A stretch of 64,000 nt of DNA, from NCBI GenBank assembly GCA_010093815.1, contig ML996583.1, one strand, 5' to 3'. Position numbers and translations under genes: made by a program. This DNA comes from Pseudovirgaria hyperparasitica (lineage: Eukaryota). The notes beneath the pieces are model-generated. The model was not told the DNA's origin and ran no database searches. It worked only from the letters and a program-made list of their open reading frames with translations. Shown here piece by piece: positions 24,502 through 36,300 of the stretch (positions within the stretch are counted from its first letter, which is position 1; every line of letters begins with the position of its first letter).

Positions 24502-25934
24502 ATGTCGGCCACCCCTGTACGTGGGCATTTTCGTCACTCTAAAGTCTCGAGATGGAGGTCCTGGAGCAAGTCTCCATGTTGGGAGTTGCTCAGCAAAAGG
24601 GGACTGGACATGTGGTCAGACGCGAGGAGTGCTGGAGGTGAAATGATGTCCGAGCCACGAGCTCATGCGGACTGTCGCGCAAAAGAGCAGACTCGTGGCT
24701 CGCAGACATTGATTGTACACTCCCAGCCGGAAAAACGACACTTTTGCTAACCCGCTTTTTCGTCCGTTATAGATACCGTCAGACATGTCGAGCCCAGTCG
24801 CCCCGCCGAACCGCATGCGGCAGATCCGCCAGACTGTCGCGCAGCCCGTCTTCGCCGCCTTCACAGCCGGCGGCGTGGCCGGCGCAGTCTCCCGCACCGT
24901 CGTCTCGCCGCTCGAGAGACTCAAGATCCTCTTCCAGGTCCAGAGCGTCGGCCGCACCGAGTACAAGATGTCGGTGCCCAAGGCCCTAGGCAAGATGTGG
25001 AGAGAGGAGGGCCTGCGCGGCTTCATGGCCGGCAACGGCACTAATTGCATTCGCATCGTCCCCTACTCGGCCGTCCAGTTTGGCGCATACAACTTCTACA
25101 AACGGGTGCGTACAACATGTTCCGCCCCGGCGTGCGTTGCAGGTCGTTGATCCGACCTCCGCTAACACAGCAGCACTCCAGTTCTTCGAAGACTCGCCCG
25201 GCGCAAACCTCGGGCCCTACCAGCGCCTCGTCTGCGGCGGCTGCGCGGGAATCACCTCCGTCACCTTCACCTACCCGCTCGACATTGTCCGCACCCGTCT
25301 CTCCATCCAGTCCGCCTCGTTCGAGTCGCTGAAGATGACAAAGGAGGCCATCGAGGCACGCCGCAGGAAGCTGCCGGGCATGTGGAGCCTGATGGGCACA
25401 ATGTACAGGACCGAAGGCGGCGTCAAGGGTCTGTACCGCGGCATCCTGCCCACCGTTGCTGGCGTCGCGCCCTATGTCGGGCTCAACTTCATGGTCTACG
25501 AGTCTGCGCGCGCGTACTTTACCCCCGAGGGCGCACGCGATCCCTCGTCTGCGGGCAAGCTTGCTGCGGGCGCTGTGTCGGGCGCGATTGCGCAGACGTG
25601 CACGTATCCATTGTAAGACTACCCCCCCTTTCCGCAAACCCCGGAGCCCGTAAACCAGTCAACAAACTAACTCCCAATCCCCCAAACCAGCGACGTCCTC
25701 CGCCGCCGCTTCCAGATCAACACCATGTCCGGCATGGAACTGCACTACAACGGCATCGTGGACGCGATCCGCAAGATCATTGCTCAGGAGGGTGTCAGGG
25801 GTATGTACAAGGGCATTGTGCCTAATCTGCTCAAGGTCGCGCCGAGTATGGCGAGTAGCTGGTTGAGCTTTGAGTTTACGCGCGATTGGATCTTGGCGTT
25901 GAAGGTGCGGGATGAGGGTGATGAGGGGTTGTGA
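24502..25934 (+). CDS. mitochondrial carrier (SLC25), YPR011C/SLC25A42-like; join(24502..24516,24773..25105,25182..25612,25691..25934); downstream in-frame ATG at 24785
   Basis: Three carrier signature repeats (PLERLK, PLDIVR, PFDVLR) plus GNGTNCIRIVPYSAVQF; introns are frame-consistent. The first micro-exon (MSATP) is less certain than the rest. Confidence 0.92.
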
Positions 25935-26030
25935 TGGAGGGGGTGATGGTGGTGAGGGGGGGGATGAGGGGGTGTGAGGGTGGGGGGGTGAGGGTGAGGG
26001 GGTTGAGGGGGTGGGTGGTGGTGGTGGTAG
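25911..26030 (+). repeat. G-rich low-complexity tract with G-quadruplex potential
   Basis: Many G3-G8 runs separated by short TGA/T spacers at the 3' end of the carrier gene. Confidence 0.8.
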
Positions 26031-26495
26031 AGGTAGAAGCATAGAGGTATAAGGAGAAAATGGGTTTGGGGGGAAAGGCGTTGGTATAGACCGTTGTGTG
26101 TTTTTTTTTTGTCGAATGGATGCATGTTTCTTTGTTCGTTTGCATGTTTGTTTGCTTGCTTGCTTGCTTGCCTGCTGGGAGGCAGAACACAAAAAAGCAT
26201 ATTCTCCACAGTGCGGAGAAGAACGAGGAGTAGTAGTCGTGGTCTTACGGAGAAAGGAGGACGGAAGACGGAAGAAAGACGGAATCATGCCATGCCATGT
26301 TTTCACAGCTATATTATATTATATAGCTAGCAGCGCTCCTGGCTCTCGCGATGTTTCCTTTTTGTTTGTGTTGTTGTGCATTAGAGTAGAGTAGATGCGA
26401 GTGAGCTTTTGTGGAACGTGGTGTGTTTTTTTGTTCGTTTTTTGTTAGCTTTTGGGTTGTTGGCTATTTGGCTTTTGGTTATTTGAGTTTTGAGT

Positions 26496-26716
26496 TTTGA
26501 CTTTTGTCCTGTTGACTTTTGTCCTGTTGGCTTTTGTCCTGTTCCTTTGTCGTTTGTCACTTTGTCGTTTGTCACTTTGTCATTTTGTCACTTTGTCCTG
26601 TTCCTTTGTCGTTTGTCCCTTTGTCGTTTGTCCCTTTGTCGTTTGTTACTTTGTCGTTTTGTCACTTTGTCGTTTGTTACTTTGTCGTTTGTCACTCTGT
26701 CATTTTGTCATTTTGT
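26496..26716. repeat. degenerate (TTTGTC-based) tandem repeat
   Basis: Reiterated TTTGTCG/TTTGTCAC/TTTGTCCC units between two convergent genes. Confidence 0.9.
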
Positions 26717-27277
26717 CTCCCTAACCCTCCATCCCTTCTACCCATCTCTTCGCTAGCTCCCCTTTTTAGAATTTTCATTTCTTACATGTATGCATTGAAA
26801 CAAGGAAACAATAGAAACGAACAAAGCATCAGTCTCTTTGACACGTACTATCCACATAGCAGGCGTTTCTAACATTTCATACGCGCTGTCATGGTCGTTC
26901 GTCCTGCGTTGTATGTTTTTTTGGCTTTTCCATAAATTCTGATAGAAAGAAGTATAAACTAGAGGAGGAGGAGGGGGCTGGACTGGACTGGTATGGGTTG
27001 ACTGGAGGAAGTAACTGAGTAACTAAGTAATGGAGCAGAAGGAATAGAACGGATTGATAGGTGTTTTTTGTCATGTTTTTTGATTGTGTTTGATTGTGTT
27101 TGAGTATGTGTAGGTGTGAGGTTTTAAGGGGGTATCATACCATCTCCATGTCCATCTGCATCTCCATCTGCATCTCCATCTACCATCTCCACCTCCATAC
27201 ATACATTACACCGCATCTTTCTCTCTCTACGGACAGATAAATAAAGGATATCACAAAGATCCAACGCGCTCCCGCCG

Positions 27278-28693
27278 TCATCTGTACACCGCCTTGCCAG
27301 CCGGTATATTCATCTGCGCTGCCTGTGCGTCGCGCGCATGTATTGCTTCTGGTAACGGCCACTGCTGCTGTCCCTGCATCCCATACCCCTCAGCATTATA
27401 CCACGCCGGCGCACTCCCACTCTGCTGCGACGGCTGCTGCCACCCATAAACCCTCGGATCAACCCCATTATTCCAGCCCTTCCCATTCCCATTCCCATTC
27501 CCACCCGCACTCATATCCCGCATAGGCACATACCCACCACCAACCCCACCCCCGGCATACCCAACCGGCACAACCACCCCCTGCCGCACCATATTCCCCA
27601 CGATCCGACTCGCCAACACCTCCGCCTGCGTGCTCGTGCGCGCCGCATTGCGCCTATGCGTATCCACGCACGCCCAGACGAAGAGGATAAAGTGTAGTCC
27701 CAGCGCAAGCCACTGGCACACGGCCGCCGTGAGAAGCGTGTTCTGCCGGGTATGCCGTGTATTCCAGAGGGTATTAACATATGCGTCCTGCGCGGCGCAG
27801 GTAGCGAAGCTGGTGTCGTCGTCGTCATACGAATACGGGGACGGGGAGGTGTAGTATGTACTGGTGCCAGTGGAGTTATGCTCGCAGCCGCGCGTGTAGT
27901 CGGAGTTGTAGTAGGAAGCATACGCCGTGGCGTTCCAGACCCAGGTGCCGTTTTGCGCGAGGGTGTATTCGCCGTAGGAGCTGCCGTAGTAGTTTGAGAT
28001 GAAGCCGTCTGCGCCGAAGGCGAGGGCGCGTGCGGCGGCGTAGGTGAGGAGGAGGGCGGTGAAGATGTAGGCGAGCCAGTGGAGGAGGTCTGTTGCGACG
28101 AGGGCGCCGGGGTGAGGGGCGCGGGCGCGGACGAGGAAGGTGGGGAGGAGGATGAGGGTGTAGATTGTTGTGGCGGAGAACTGGGGGGTTGGTGTTAGCT
28201 GGAGGTTTGGGGGATGGATGGGGTTCAAGGGGGGACGGACGGTGACGAGGCCCCAGACGATGGCCCAGGAGGAGCCGTAGTAGTGGTGGGTGTGTTGGGA
28301 GGATACGGTTGCGGCGGCGGTGGTGCCGAGGCCGATGATGGCGGTGAGGAGGAGGACGGTGCGGAGGCCGGTTTTCCAGGGCCAGTGTTTGTCCGCCGTG
28401 GTGAGTTTCTCGCGGTGGGTGAGTTGGGGGGTGGGAGGGGGGATGTATGTTTGGGCTTGGGCGTGGGGTGGAGGAGGGTGGAGTGGAGAGGACTGGGTTG
28501 GAGGAGGAGCTGCTGCTGCAGGAGGAGGAGGAGGAGGAGGTTGGCTGGCGGATGTTGATCGGTCTTGGGGTTCTGGTGAGGGAGTGTGTGCTGCTGCTTC
28601 TGGTGGAGGTTCGAGTGGTGAGACAGGCCGATGTGAAGACTGCTGCTCAGTGGGCGCCGTGGTCGCGGGCGCGGTGGAGATTGTGTCCGCCAT
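27278..28693 (-). CDS. multi-pass membrane protein, MARVEL-like, with Pro-rich N-terminus; complement(join(27278..28180,28241..28693))
   Basis: Four hydrophobic helices (LRTVLLLTAIIGLG; WAIVWGL..TIYTLILL; HPGALVATDLLHWL; LHFILFVWACVDTHRR). A 60-nt in-frame intron GTCCGT..CTAAC..CAG lies at 28240-28181. Confidence 0.8.
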   Translation of the reverse strand: MADTISTAPATTAPTEQQSSHRPVSPLEPPPEAAAHTPSPEPQDRSTSASQPPPPPPPAAAAPPPTQSSPLHPPPPHAQAQTYIPPPTPQLTHREKLTTADKHWPWKTGLRTVLLLTAIIGLGTTAAATVSSQHTHHYYGSSWAIVWGLVTVRPPLNPIHPPNLQLTPTPQFSATTIYTLILLPTFLVRARAPHPGALVATDLLHWLAYIFTALLLTYAAARALAFGADGFISNYYGSSYGEYTLAQNGTWVWNATAYASYYNSDYTRGCEHNSTGTSTYYTSPSPYSYDDDDTSFATCAAQDAYVNTLWNTRHTRQNTLLTAAVCQWLALGLHFILFVWACVDTHRRNAARTSTQAEVLASRIVGNMVRQGVVVPVGYAGGGVGGGYVPMRDMSAGGNGNGNGKGWNNGVDPRVYGWQQPSQQSGSAPAWYNAEGYGMQGQQQWPLPEAIHARDAQAAQMNIPAGKAVYR

Positions 28694-29315
28694 CGCTTTT
28701 GTCCTTCTCCTTTCTCCCTCTTACGTATGTACCGTGTACAAGATCTGAAACGAATGGACGAAAACACCAAGTAACGAAAGAAAAGATATAGGATAGGAGA
28801 CGACGAAGAGCGAACGGACGGAGACGACGAGGAAGAAGAGGAAGAAGAAGAGGGAAAAGAGAAAAGACAAGACGCGGGCACGCGCACCCCCGTCCGTCAG
28901 CCTAAAAGTTGGAATCTAACCCTTCGGACTTGCATCGTGGTGTGTTGTTTGCTGACTATAGCAACGCCGCCAATCTCACAATGGCTTTTCCGAGTCTCGG
29001 CTTGCAGATGCACCAATGGGAACGGCGGATTGCCCAGATCGGTCTCCGCAAGGCTGAAATTAGCTTATTGGACAAACGGCTCGAGCCTCGGCCGAGTCAT
29101 GTCAGCCTTGCTGCCTGCTCAAACTCTATCTGATCGTCCATGCGAGCCAATCAGAATGCCCTGTATGATGAGTAGTGAATTTCCCGCAGTGTGAATTCGT
29201 TAGTCCTGCAGCAGCTATCGATATCGTCTATTTTTGGTCGCTTCTTCTAAACATACATGGCAATGCTTTTGGGTATCTTTCTTGCACTGAGGATGGCAGC
29301 ACTTGGTAGTCTCCA

Positions 29316-31125
29316 TCAGTCTTTGCACAGATATGCCAGAGGTCCAATCTCCTCCAGGCGCGCGTTCTTCGCTAGAACCTCCTTTTCGTTGTTCTTTGCA
29401 AAGTCACGAACGCGCTGTTGGATGGCGGCATCGGAAACGCCGAGTATTCGCGCCGCGAGAAGAGCAGCGTTGGTAGAGTTGTTGACGCCCTGAGATAGAG
29501 TCAATATATCGAAACTACACGCTACAGGCAGCCTGTCACTTACCACCGTGGCCACAGGTGTTCCTCGCGGCATCTGTGTCATGCTCACCACACTGTCCCA
29601 GCCGTCCAATGAACTTGCCTTGACCGGCACTCCTATGACGGGCAGCGAAGTGTCTGATGCCGTCATGCCGGGCAGGTGGGCTGCACCGCCTGCTGCTGCA
29701 ATAATCACCTTGAAGCCTTTCGACTTTGCAGCCTTGGCAAACTCTACCATGCGGTCTGGCGTCCGGTGTGCCGAGACGACGCCGCAGTAGTATGGGATCT
29801 GAAGCTTCTCCAGAATCTCAAAGCCGGCCTTGAGCACCGGCAGGTCAGAGTCGGATCCGCATATCACGGCCACCTCGGGGCTGCCTTTGGGTGCTGACAG
29901 TATGGACTTGGTCTCTACCCCTTTCTGGGCATCGACCGCCTCGATCAAGGGTGTAATGTGCTTTTCTGCCTCTGCCATTGTCGGTGCTGTGACTGTCAAA
30001 TGCCCCATCTTCCTCCCTTTCCTGGCCTCTCCCTTGCCATATAGATGTACGCTTGTCCGGGGGTTGGACAGCGCGACTTCCGCAACCTTGATGTGCGAAT
30101 CCGGCGTCTGTCCACCCAAGATGTTAAGCATGATCGCAGGCTCCCTCATTTTCAGACTTTCGACCGGGATTGGAAGATCGAGGATCGCCCGTAGATGTGC
30201 GTCGTACTGGCTCAGCGGGCAAGCCTCAATAGTGTAATGTCCAGAGTTATGAGGCCTGGGAGCAATTTCGTTAATCAAAAGCTCTCCATCGTCTAACAAA
30301 AACATCTCCACTCCAAACACGCCCTTGCCGTCGAACGCTGCGATCGTTTTCCGCGCGAGCTCTTCTGCCTTCTCGCGTATGCCTTCTGGTACTCTCGCAG
30401 GCGCAAACACCAGTTTGCATATGCTGTCCTCGTGCACTGTCTCAACTGTCGGGTACGCTAGTACACCATCTTTTGTCTTGACGACCATGACCGCCAGTTC
30501 CTTGGTGAAGTTGGCCCATTTCTCTGCGTACAGCGGCCTGCTCCCTTTCCCAAGCGCATTCACAGCAGGCTTCAGCTCTTCAGCCGACTTGACAGGATAG
30601 TTACCCTTGCCATCATAAGCCTCAGTCTTAGACTTCAGCATGAACGGGTACCCAATCTTGCCCCCAATAGCTTCAAGCTCGGTGATCTGGCTAGCTTCGT
30701 CTGTACCAGTGACTTCAACAGACTCTGCAGTCGGGATTCCAAACTTCTGCAAATGCACTTTTTGCGCATACTTATCCTTGATAATCTGCAACGTCTTTGG
30801 TGACGGCTCCACCTTTACACTTGTGGAAATCTCGGCGAGTACGTCGGCGTCGACATGCTCAATCTCCACCGTTACCACGTCACATGTCTTGGCCAACTTC
30901 TCGATAGCTGCTGCGTCCTTGAACGAGCCTTCGATGTGTCCTGGATGGTTGCTGATTTGCTTTGCGGGCGCGTTCTGGGCGTCCAATATGTTCACTTGTA
31001 TGTTGAGTCGGTTTGCAGCCTCGACTAGCATGCGCCCTAGTTGGCCGCCTGTACGAGGTGTCAATGTGTGTTTGGCAGAATGTTGATGATAGCTGACCTC
31101 CCAGGACACCAACTTTGGAGTTCAT
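29316..31125 (-). CDS. ADE2: phosphoribosylaminoimidazole carboxylase (PurK-PurE fusion); complement(join(29316..29489,29544..31048,31098..31125))
   Basis: VGVLGGGQLGRM, AYDGKGN, NEIAPRPHNSGHYT, GSDSDL, SAHRTP and AGGAAHLPGM. Confidence 0.98.
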
Positions 31126-31598
31126 GTTTCTTGATTGAAGAGTTTGATTTGTGGAATCAATATCGAGTCCCTCGCTTTGATGCGGGGAGAGAAGATATAA
31201 AATGAAGTGATCGAAAAACTTGATCGGATGTGGCTAGTGCACTGAGTCTCGCGACGTGACCACCTTTATTCCTACAGTGTTACTCAATTGCTCTTGAGAA
31301 GCATCAATATCGGTGCAAGTGCAATAAGAAACAGGTTAGGCATTCAATACAGGACCACATGTAGCAAGACGATGCATCCTCATGCGCATGCACTCTGTCG
31401 TTGTGGCGTCTTGAGGTGGCTACAACGGCAATGATTGGCTGCGGGTCGATTGCTTGGCGCTGAGGTTTCTTAGCGGCGAAAAGAAACTCCGTAAGCGAGG
31501 CCGCACTCTCCACCACGCATTCTCTCGAAAATTAGCACGACGACGTTAACGACCGCCCAACTAATCATCACAGCACCCATTCCTCGACGCCGTTCAAG

Positions 31599-32407
31599 AT
31601 GGGTAAGTCAATCTGCCCTCGCACTGCATTCGTCGCTCAATTGCTGGAATTTTTCGACCGCGACTTGTCGACAAGGAGACTTTGAGCGCCGACGCTATGA
31701 TTGGAACATGGGATTAACGAAAGATTCTCTTTAGGTATCGATTTGGACAACCACCACGTCAAGAGCCCTCACCGGAAGGCGCCCAAGAGCGACAATGTGT
31801 ACCTCAAGGTGCTGGTGAAGCTCTACCGATTCCTAGCCCGTACGTAGCCCTGCGAAACCGCAGCGACATGGAAATTAACATCACACCCTAGGCCGCACGG
31901 ATTCGCCCTTCAACGCAGTCGTCCTCCGCCGCCTGTATATGTCCAGAATCAACCGCCCCCCAATCTCCATGTCCCGCATCGTCTCGCAAACCGCCGCCTA
32001 CCAGGCCGGAGAAGCACACAAGGGCAAGACCGTCGTAGTTGTTGGAACTGTCACCGATGACAACAGGATGCTCGAGGTTCCCAAGCTCTCCATCGCTGCT
32101 CTGCGATTCACCTCCGGTGCGCGCGCTCGCATCGTCGCCGCTGGTGGTGAATGCCTCACCCTCGACGAACTCGCTCTCCGCTCCCCAACTGGCTCCAACA
32201 CTGTCCTCCTCCGCGGACCCAAGAACGCCCGCGAGGCTGTCAAGCACTTCGGTTTCGGCCCACACAGCCACAAGGTAAGCTCAAGAGAATGGACATCAAT
32301 AAGACGTCGTCGGCTAACAAGTATTACAGAAGCCAAAGGTCGAGAGCAAGGGACGGAAATTCGAGCGCGCCCGTGGTCGCAGACGGTCGCGAGGTTTCAA
32401 GGTCTAA
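31599..32407 (+). CDS. RPL18: 60S ribosomal protein eL18; join(31599..31602,31735..31839,31892..32274,32330..32407)
   Basis: [60 protein letters not shown]. Confidence 0.98.
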
Positions 32408-33309
32408 GGAGAACTGTATGGCGATGGTATGCTGCATTGTGGAATGGTTTACGGTCTCATTCTGGGAGCGCTTATGGTGTGTCGATGCTCGACTGCTTCC
32501 CCGTAGTTCACCTGGAGCGAAAAAGTAGAGCAAACAACGGCGAATGGAATATTGGGCTGTTCGTCAATAACAATGAAAACTTGTTAACCTACACACTGGT
32601 CAGATTGGATCCCCTCTGCACGTCCATCTAGAGCATCTTCAGGCTGGGGCTGAGGCAAAGACCTTGTAAAGACGAAGGCACCATGTTCCAGGAATACGAA
32701 GAAGTCTCTCACCACCATCACCGAGTCCTAACGTTGCTTACCAGATACAAAGTGAAGCCGCGCTAGCTCCCCAAATAATCTCATCGTCTCAAGAACTCAA
32801 CCCATACCACTCTTCGTTAAGCTGCTAACTTACCCACCCATCCAGGAAATCCCCGTGTCACGCTGTGCTCTGTGTCGCTATACGTGTGTTCAAAATCCTC
32901 CTTCCTGTGTGCTTTGTTTTGTCCAAATGTGTATTTTACACTACTCGGCTCAACTATTTCCAGTCCCCTCAGCCGTGAATCTTGGCGGTGTGCCTGCTTT
33001 GATGGTGGTGTGTTGGTTATGTGGCTTGGTGGATGGATGGATAATTGTCTGTCTGTCCATGTACGATTAGCATTATTCGCGCATGTATTCGAAGCTTAAT
33101 CAGACGAGTACATTCAAGAGGCCATAGATGCCAGAGACTAGTTTCGTCGAAGACCATTGCACCGTCTATAAATTCTACACCCAGTAACTATCCTCACGAA
33201 AACTCTACCCAGTACCTTTCCCCCCCTATTCAATCCATCTTCCCTCCTCCCCACTCCACTCCACTCCACCCCCCTCAAATCCCCCCAAGCACACACCACC
33301 CAACCCCAA

Positions 33310-36300
33310 TCACCCATAATTAAACGCATTCCGACACAACGGACACGCACTCCCCCCACTACTCTTAAACCACCTAAACAAGCACTGCCCATGATACGCA
33401 TTCCGACACGTCCCACACCGCTTCCCCGGCACACTGCGATCCGGCCCCACAACAGAATAGCAAATCGCACATTCGACATGGCCCTTCAGCACACCAACAA
33501 CATTCCGTCGAAACGCAATCAACCCATCGACGACACTGCCGCCCCCAAACGCAATCACACCCGCCGTGCTGCGCAGCCAGGCTTCCCAGCGCGCCTGTGT
33601 GACAGCGACGCGGGCGAGGCCCTCGACGGTAGCAGGCGCGAGGGGAAACGTGGGGGGCAGAGCGATGCGGATGGAGAGGGGCTGGTCGTCGAGGGTGTAG
33701 CTTGCGGAGAGCTCGCGGGCACGGGGGGAGACTTTGACGGCGAGGTGTTCTGCGGGGTCGGGGGTGGTTGTTGATTGGGCGGAGGCCCAGGCGATGACGT
33801 CTGCGAGGGCGGCGGCGATGACGGGCGGGGAGACGAAGCGTTCTGTCCAGGTGGAGAGGGCGAGGGAGGTTTGGCGGGAGGGCAGGGCGATGAACCAGGT
33901 TTTTGTGGGGCCGGGGAGGTGGGTGAGGGCGAGGTAGTAGAGGTGGGAGAGGAGGTGTTGGGCGTCGCGGGTGGGCGGGTCGGTTGTGTCTGGGGTGTAT
34001 GTTGTGATGTTGAGGGCGGAGATGTCGGTTGGTTTGCCGCGGGTGTGGCCGAGGAAGGAGACGGTGAGGTCGAGGAGGGCGGTGAGGGAGCCGTCGGTTT
34101 TGAGGTGTTCGGTATAGTCGGTTCGGACTTTGTGTGAGGCCGTGGGAAAGTGGTCGAAGATGAGGAGCCAGCTGAGTAGATATCCTCGGAGGGGTAAAGG
34201 GATGGAGCGTTCGAAGTCGGCGTCGGCGAGTGCAGTTGTGGTTGGAGCTTCGAGGATGAGGGATAGAAGCTCGTCAGGTAATTTTGCATCTTTCTTGTCG
34301 AGCGCGGCATCAAGGGAGATTTGTTCCTGGGCTGCTGGTATATGTTTGTGTAGAATATCCCAGGCGGTCTTTTGTACCGGGCTGGATTGGACATATAGCA
34401 AAGGATATAGCTCTGAAGGGTCGTCAATATGCTTCAGTGAAAGCGTGGAGATGCGACGCGCGAGCAGCTGGTTGACAACCCGCAGAGGCTGGTGGAAATC
34501 GTCGGGTATATGTTGTGAATTCTTGAGAAGGTTAATCAATCCTCTGGCTTCATCGTCTTCGGCATCCTTGAGGGCGTCTAAAAGGTCGTCATTTGGGTCT
34601 TCATCCTTGGACAATGCCTGCAGCGTTGCATAGAGTTTCAGTGTGGAATGCACAACAGGTATGTTGCTTTCCTGTCCATCTTGAGAGTCGATTTGTTCGA
34701 CTTTTGACCAGCAACCCGTGATGTAGGCAAGCGTTTCGGTCCAGTGGGATCCATACATGTCTTTCATGGCTGGCAGGAGAGCAGACAAAGCTCGACAGAT
34801 TTCGCTTTGCAAGAGAACCGGCAGCTTATCATCTTGAAGCCACGGAAGGATGTGCTTGATCAGGAATATTACCCTTTGCTTTGCGATTCTAATCGTCATG
34901 CCGTCTAGGTGCTGAAGCATAAGATTCAAGAGGTTCAACTGGACCATAGTCTCTTCGAGTTTGTTCTCAAGCTCCAGACCTGTCAAATCAGCCACTATCT
35001 CATTACATGCTCTTTCCACCACCTTAGATGAGGCGAGGGGAGTTCTATAGCCAGTAAGATAGGCAGCTGTCCTGATAGCATTTTCGCTCTTTCGAAAGCT
35101 CTTCCAAGTAGTCTCGATCGTGTCGGTCTTTTTCATCTGCCAGCCGTGCAATTCGATGAGCTCAGCCGTCACAATGCTGTAAGCACTTCCGTTGTACAGC
35201 GCAGCTGGGCTCGATCCGGTGGACGCCTGCAGGAAGTTTTCCAAGGCTGAATGGACGAATGAATAGTCAGTAACCATCGTGTCATCCGCCCACCAATCGC
35301 TAGACTTTTGTAGCCAGCCATTGATGAGCGCCTGAGCGGCGGATACAAACTCGAGCGCATCTGCTTCTATCTCAGCAGTGTAGACGTTCCAGAGATTGTT
35401 ACTTCCGACAATGCTCAGGTTGTCATTGGCGAGTAAGACAGTGAGCTGTAGCAACCCAAAGAGCGCGGCCTTGCCTTCAGGAGAAACGAAGTCCAGGAGG
35501 TCAGGAACTTGAAGCAGACCAACAAGATAGGCAGCGATTCTATAGGCGGAGGAAAATCCGTTGATGTCTCGCTGAGCTTCTTGACTCTTCACGTCATTGG
35601 ATGATGAACCCCGGACGAGATATACTGTCCCGCAAAGTGAGTTAGTGACAGCAAAAGGAGCCCTAGGCGCGATATTCAAGAACGGCTGCAGAGCTGCTTT
35701 CCACACATCCACAGGCGGGAACAGCTTCGACACAATTGCTTCGTTCTTGGAGCTTTCATCTGACAGTACCGTGGTCGCCAACTCTACTAGAGTCTCCACG
35801 GTAACGGACGTACTAGTAGCCTCTGATAGACCGCTTTGGATGACGTCAAAGACAGCATTCTTCGACGACGGGTCGGATGAGTCTTGAGTCAAGAGCGCCT
35901 GTATAGAAGCACTGACCGACGAAGCTTCCTGCGCAACATGCTCGTCGGCAGATTCACCAAGAAGCAGCAAAGAACGGAGTAAGTTTGTGCCTTCACCAGT
36001 CGGCACAAATTCGCGTAGCATTGCAGGACTTTGTCTCGCGACCTGGTCGATGGCGTGAAGAGCCCCAAGGGATGTGTCTCTCATGGAAAGCCCTTTGGTC
36101 ATTTCAATTAGCATTTCTTCAGTTGTAGACGGAGCAAGGAGTCTTCGTGCTTGGCGCAGTATACGACCAAATGGCGCCCAGTCCGTGTCACTCCGTAGAA
36201 TAGTCTTCAGTCGGCCAGAAATGAAGTTTTGGAGATTGGTATCTGATGTTGCGAGCGCGAAATCGGGTGGCATATCGGATGAGCTCAGAAGCTCCTCGAT

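Noticed and set aside
24517..24772. TPP riboswitch or C/D snoRNA as the identity of the intronic hairpin
   Set aside because: No CTGAGA or TPP core motifs; only an imperfect C box (ATGATGT) and no terminal CTGA D box.
28886..28905. 5S rRNA-like fragment (CCCGTCCGTCAGCC)
   Set aside because: Only a short partial match; the flanks do not resemble 5S rRNA.
33555..34427. 290-aa Pro/Ser-rich ORF
   Set aside because: Alternative frame of the C-rich 3' part of LTN1.
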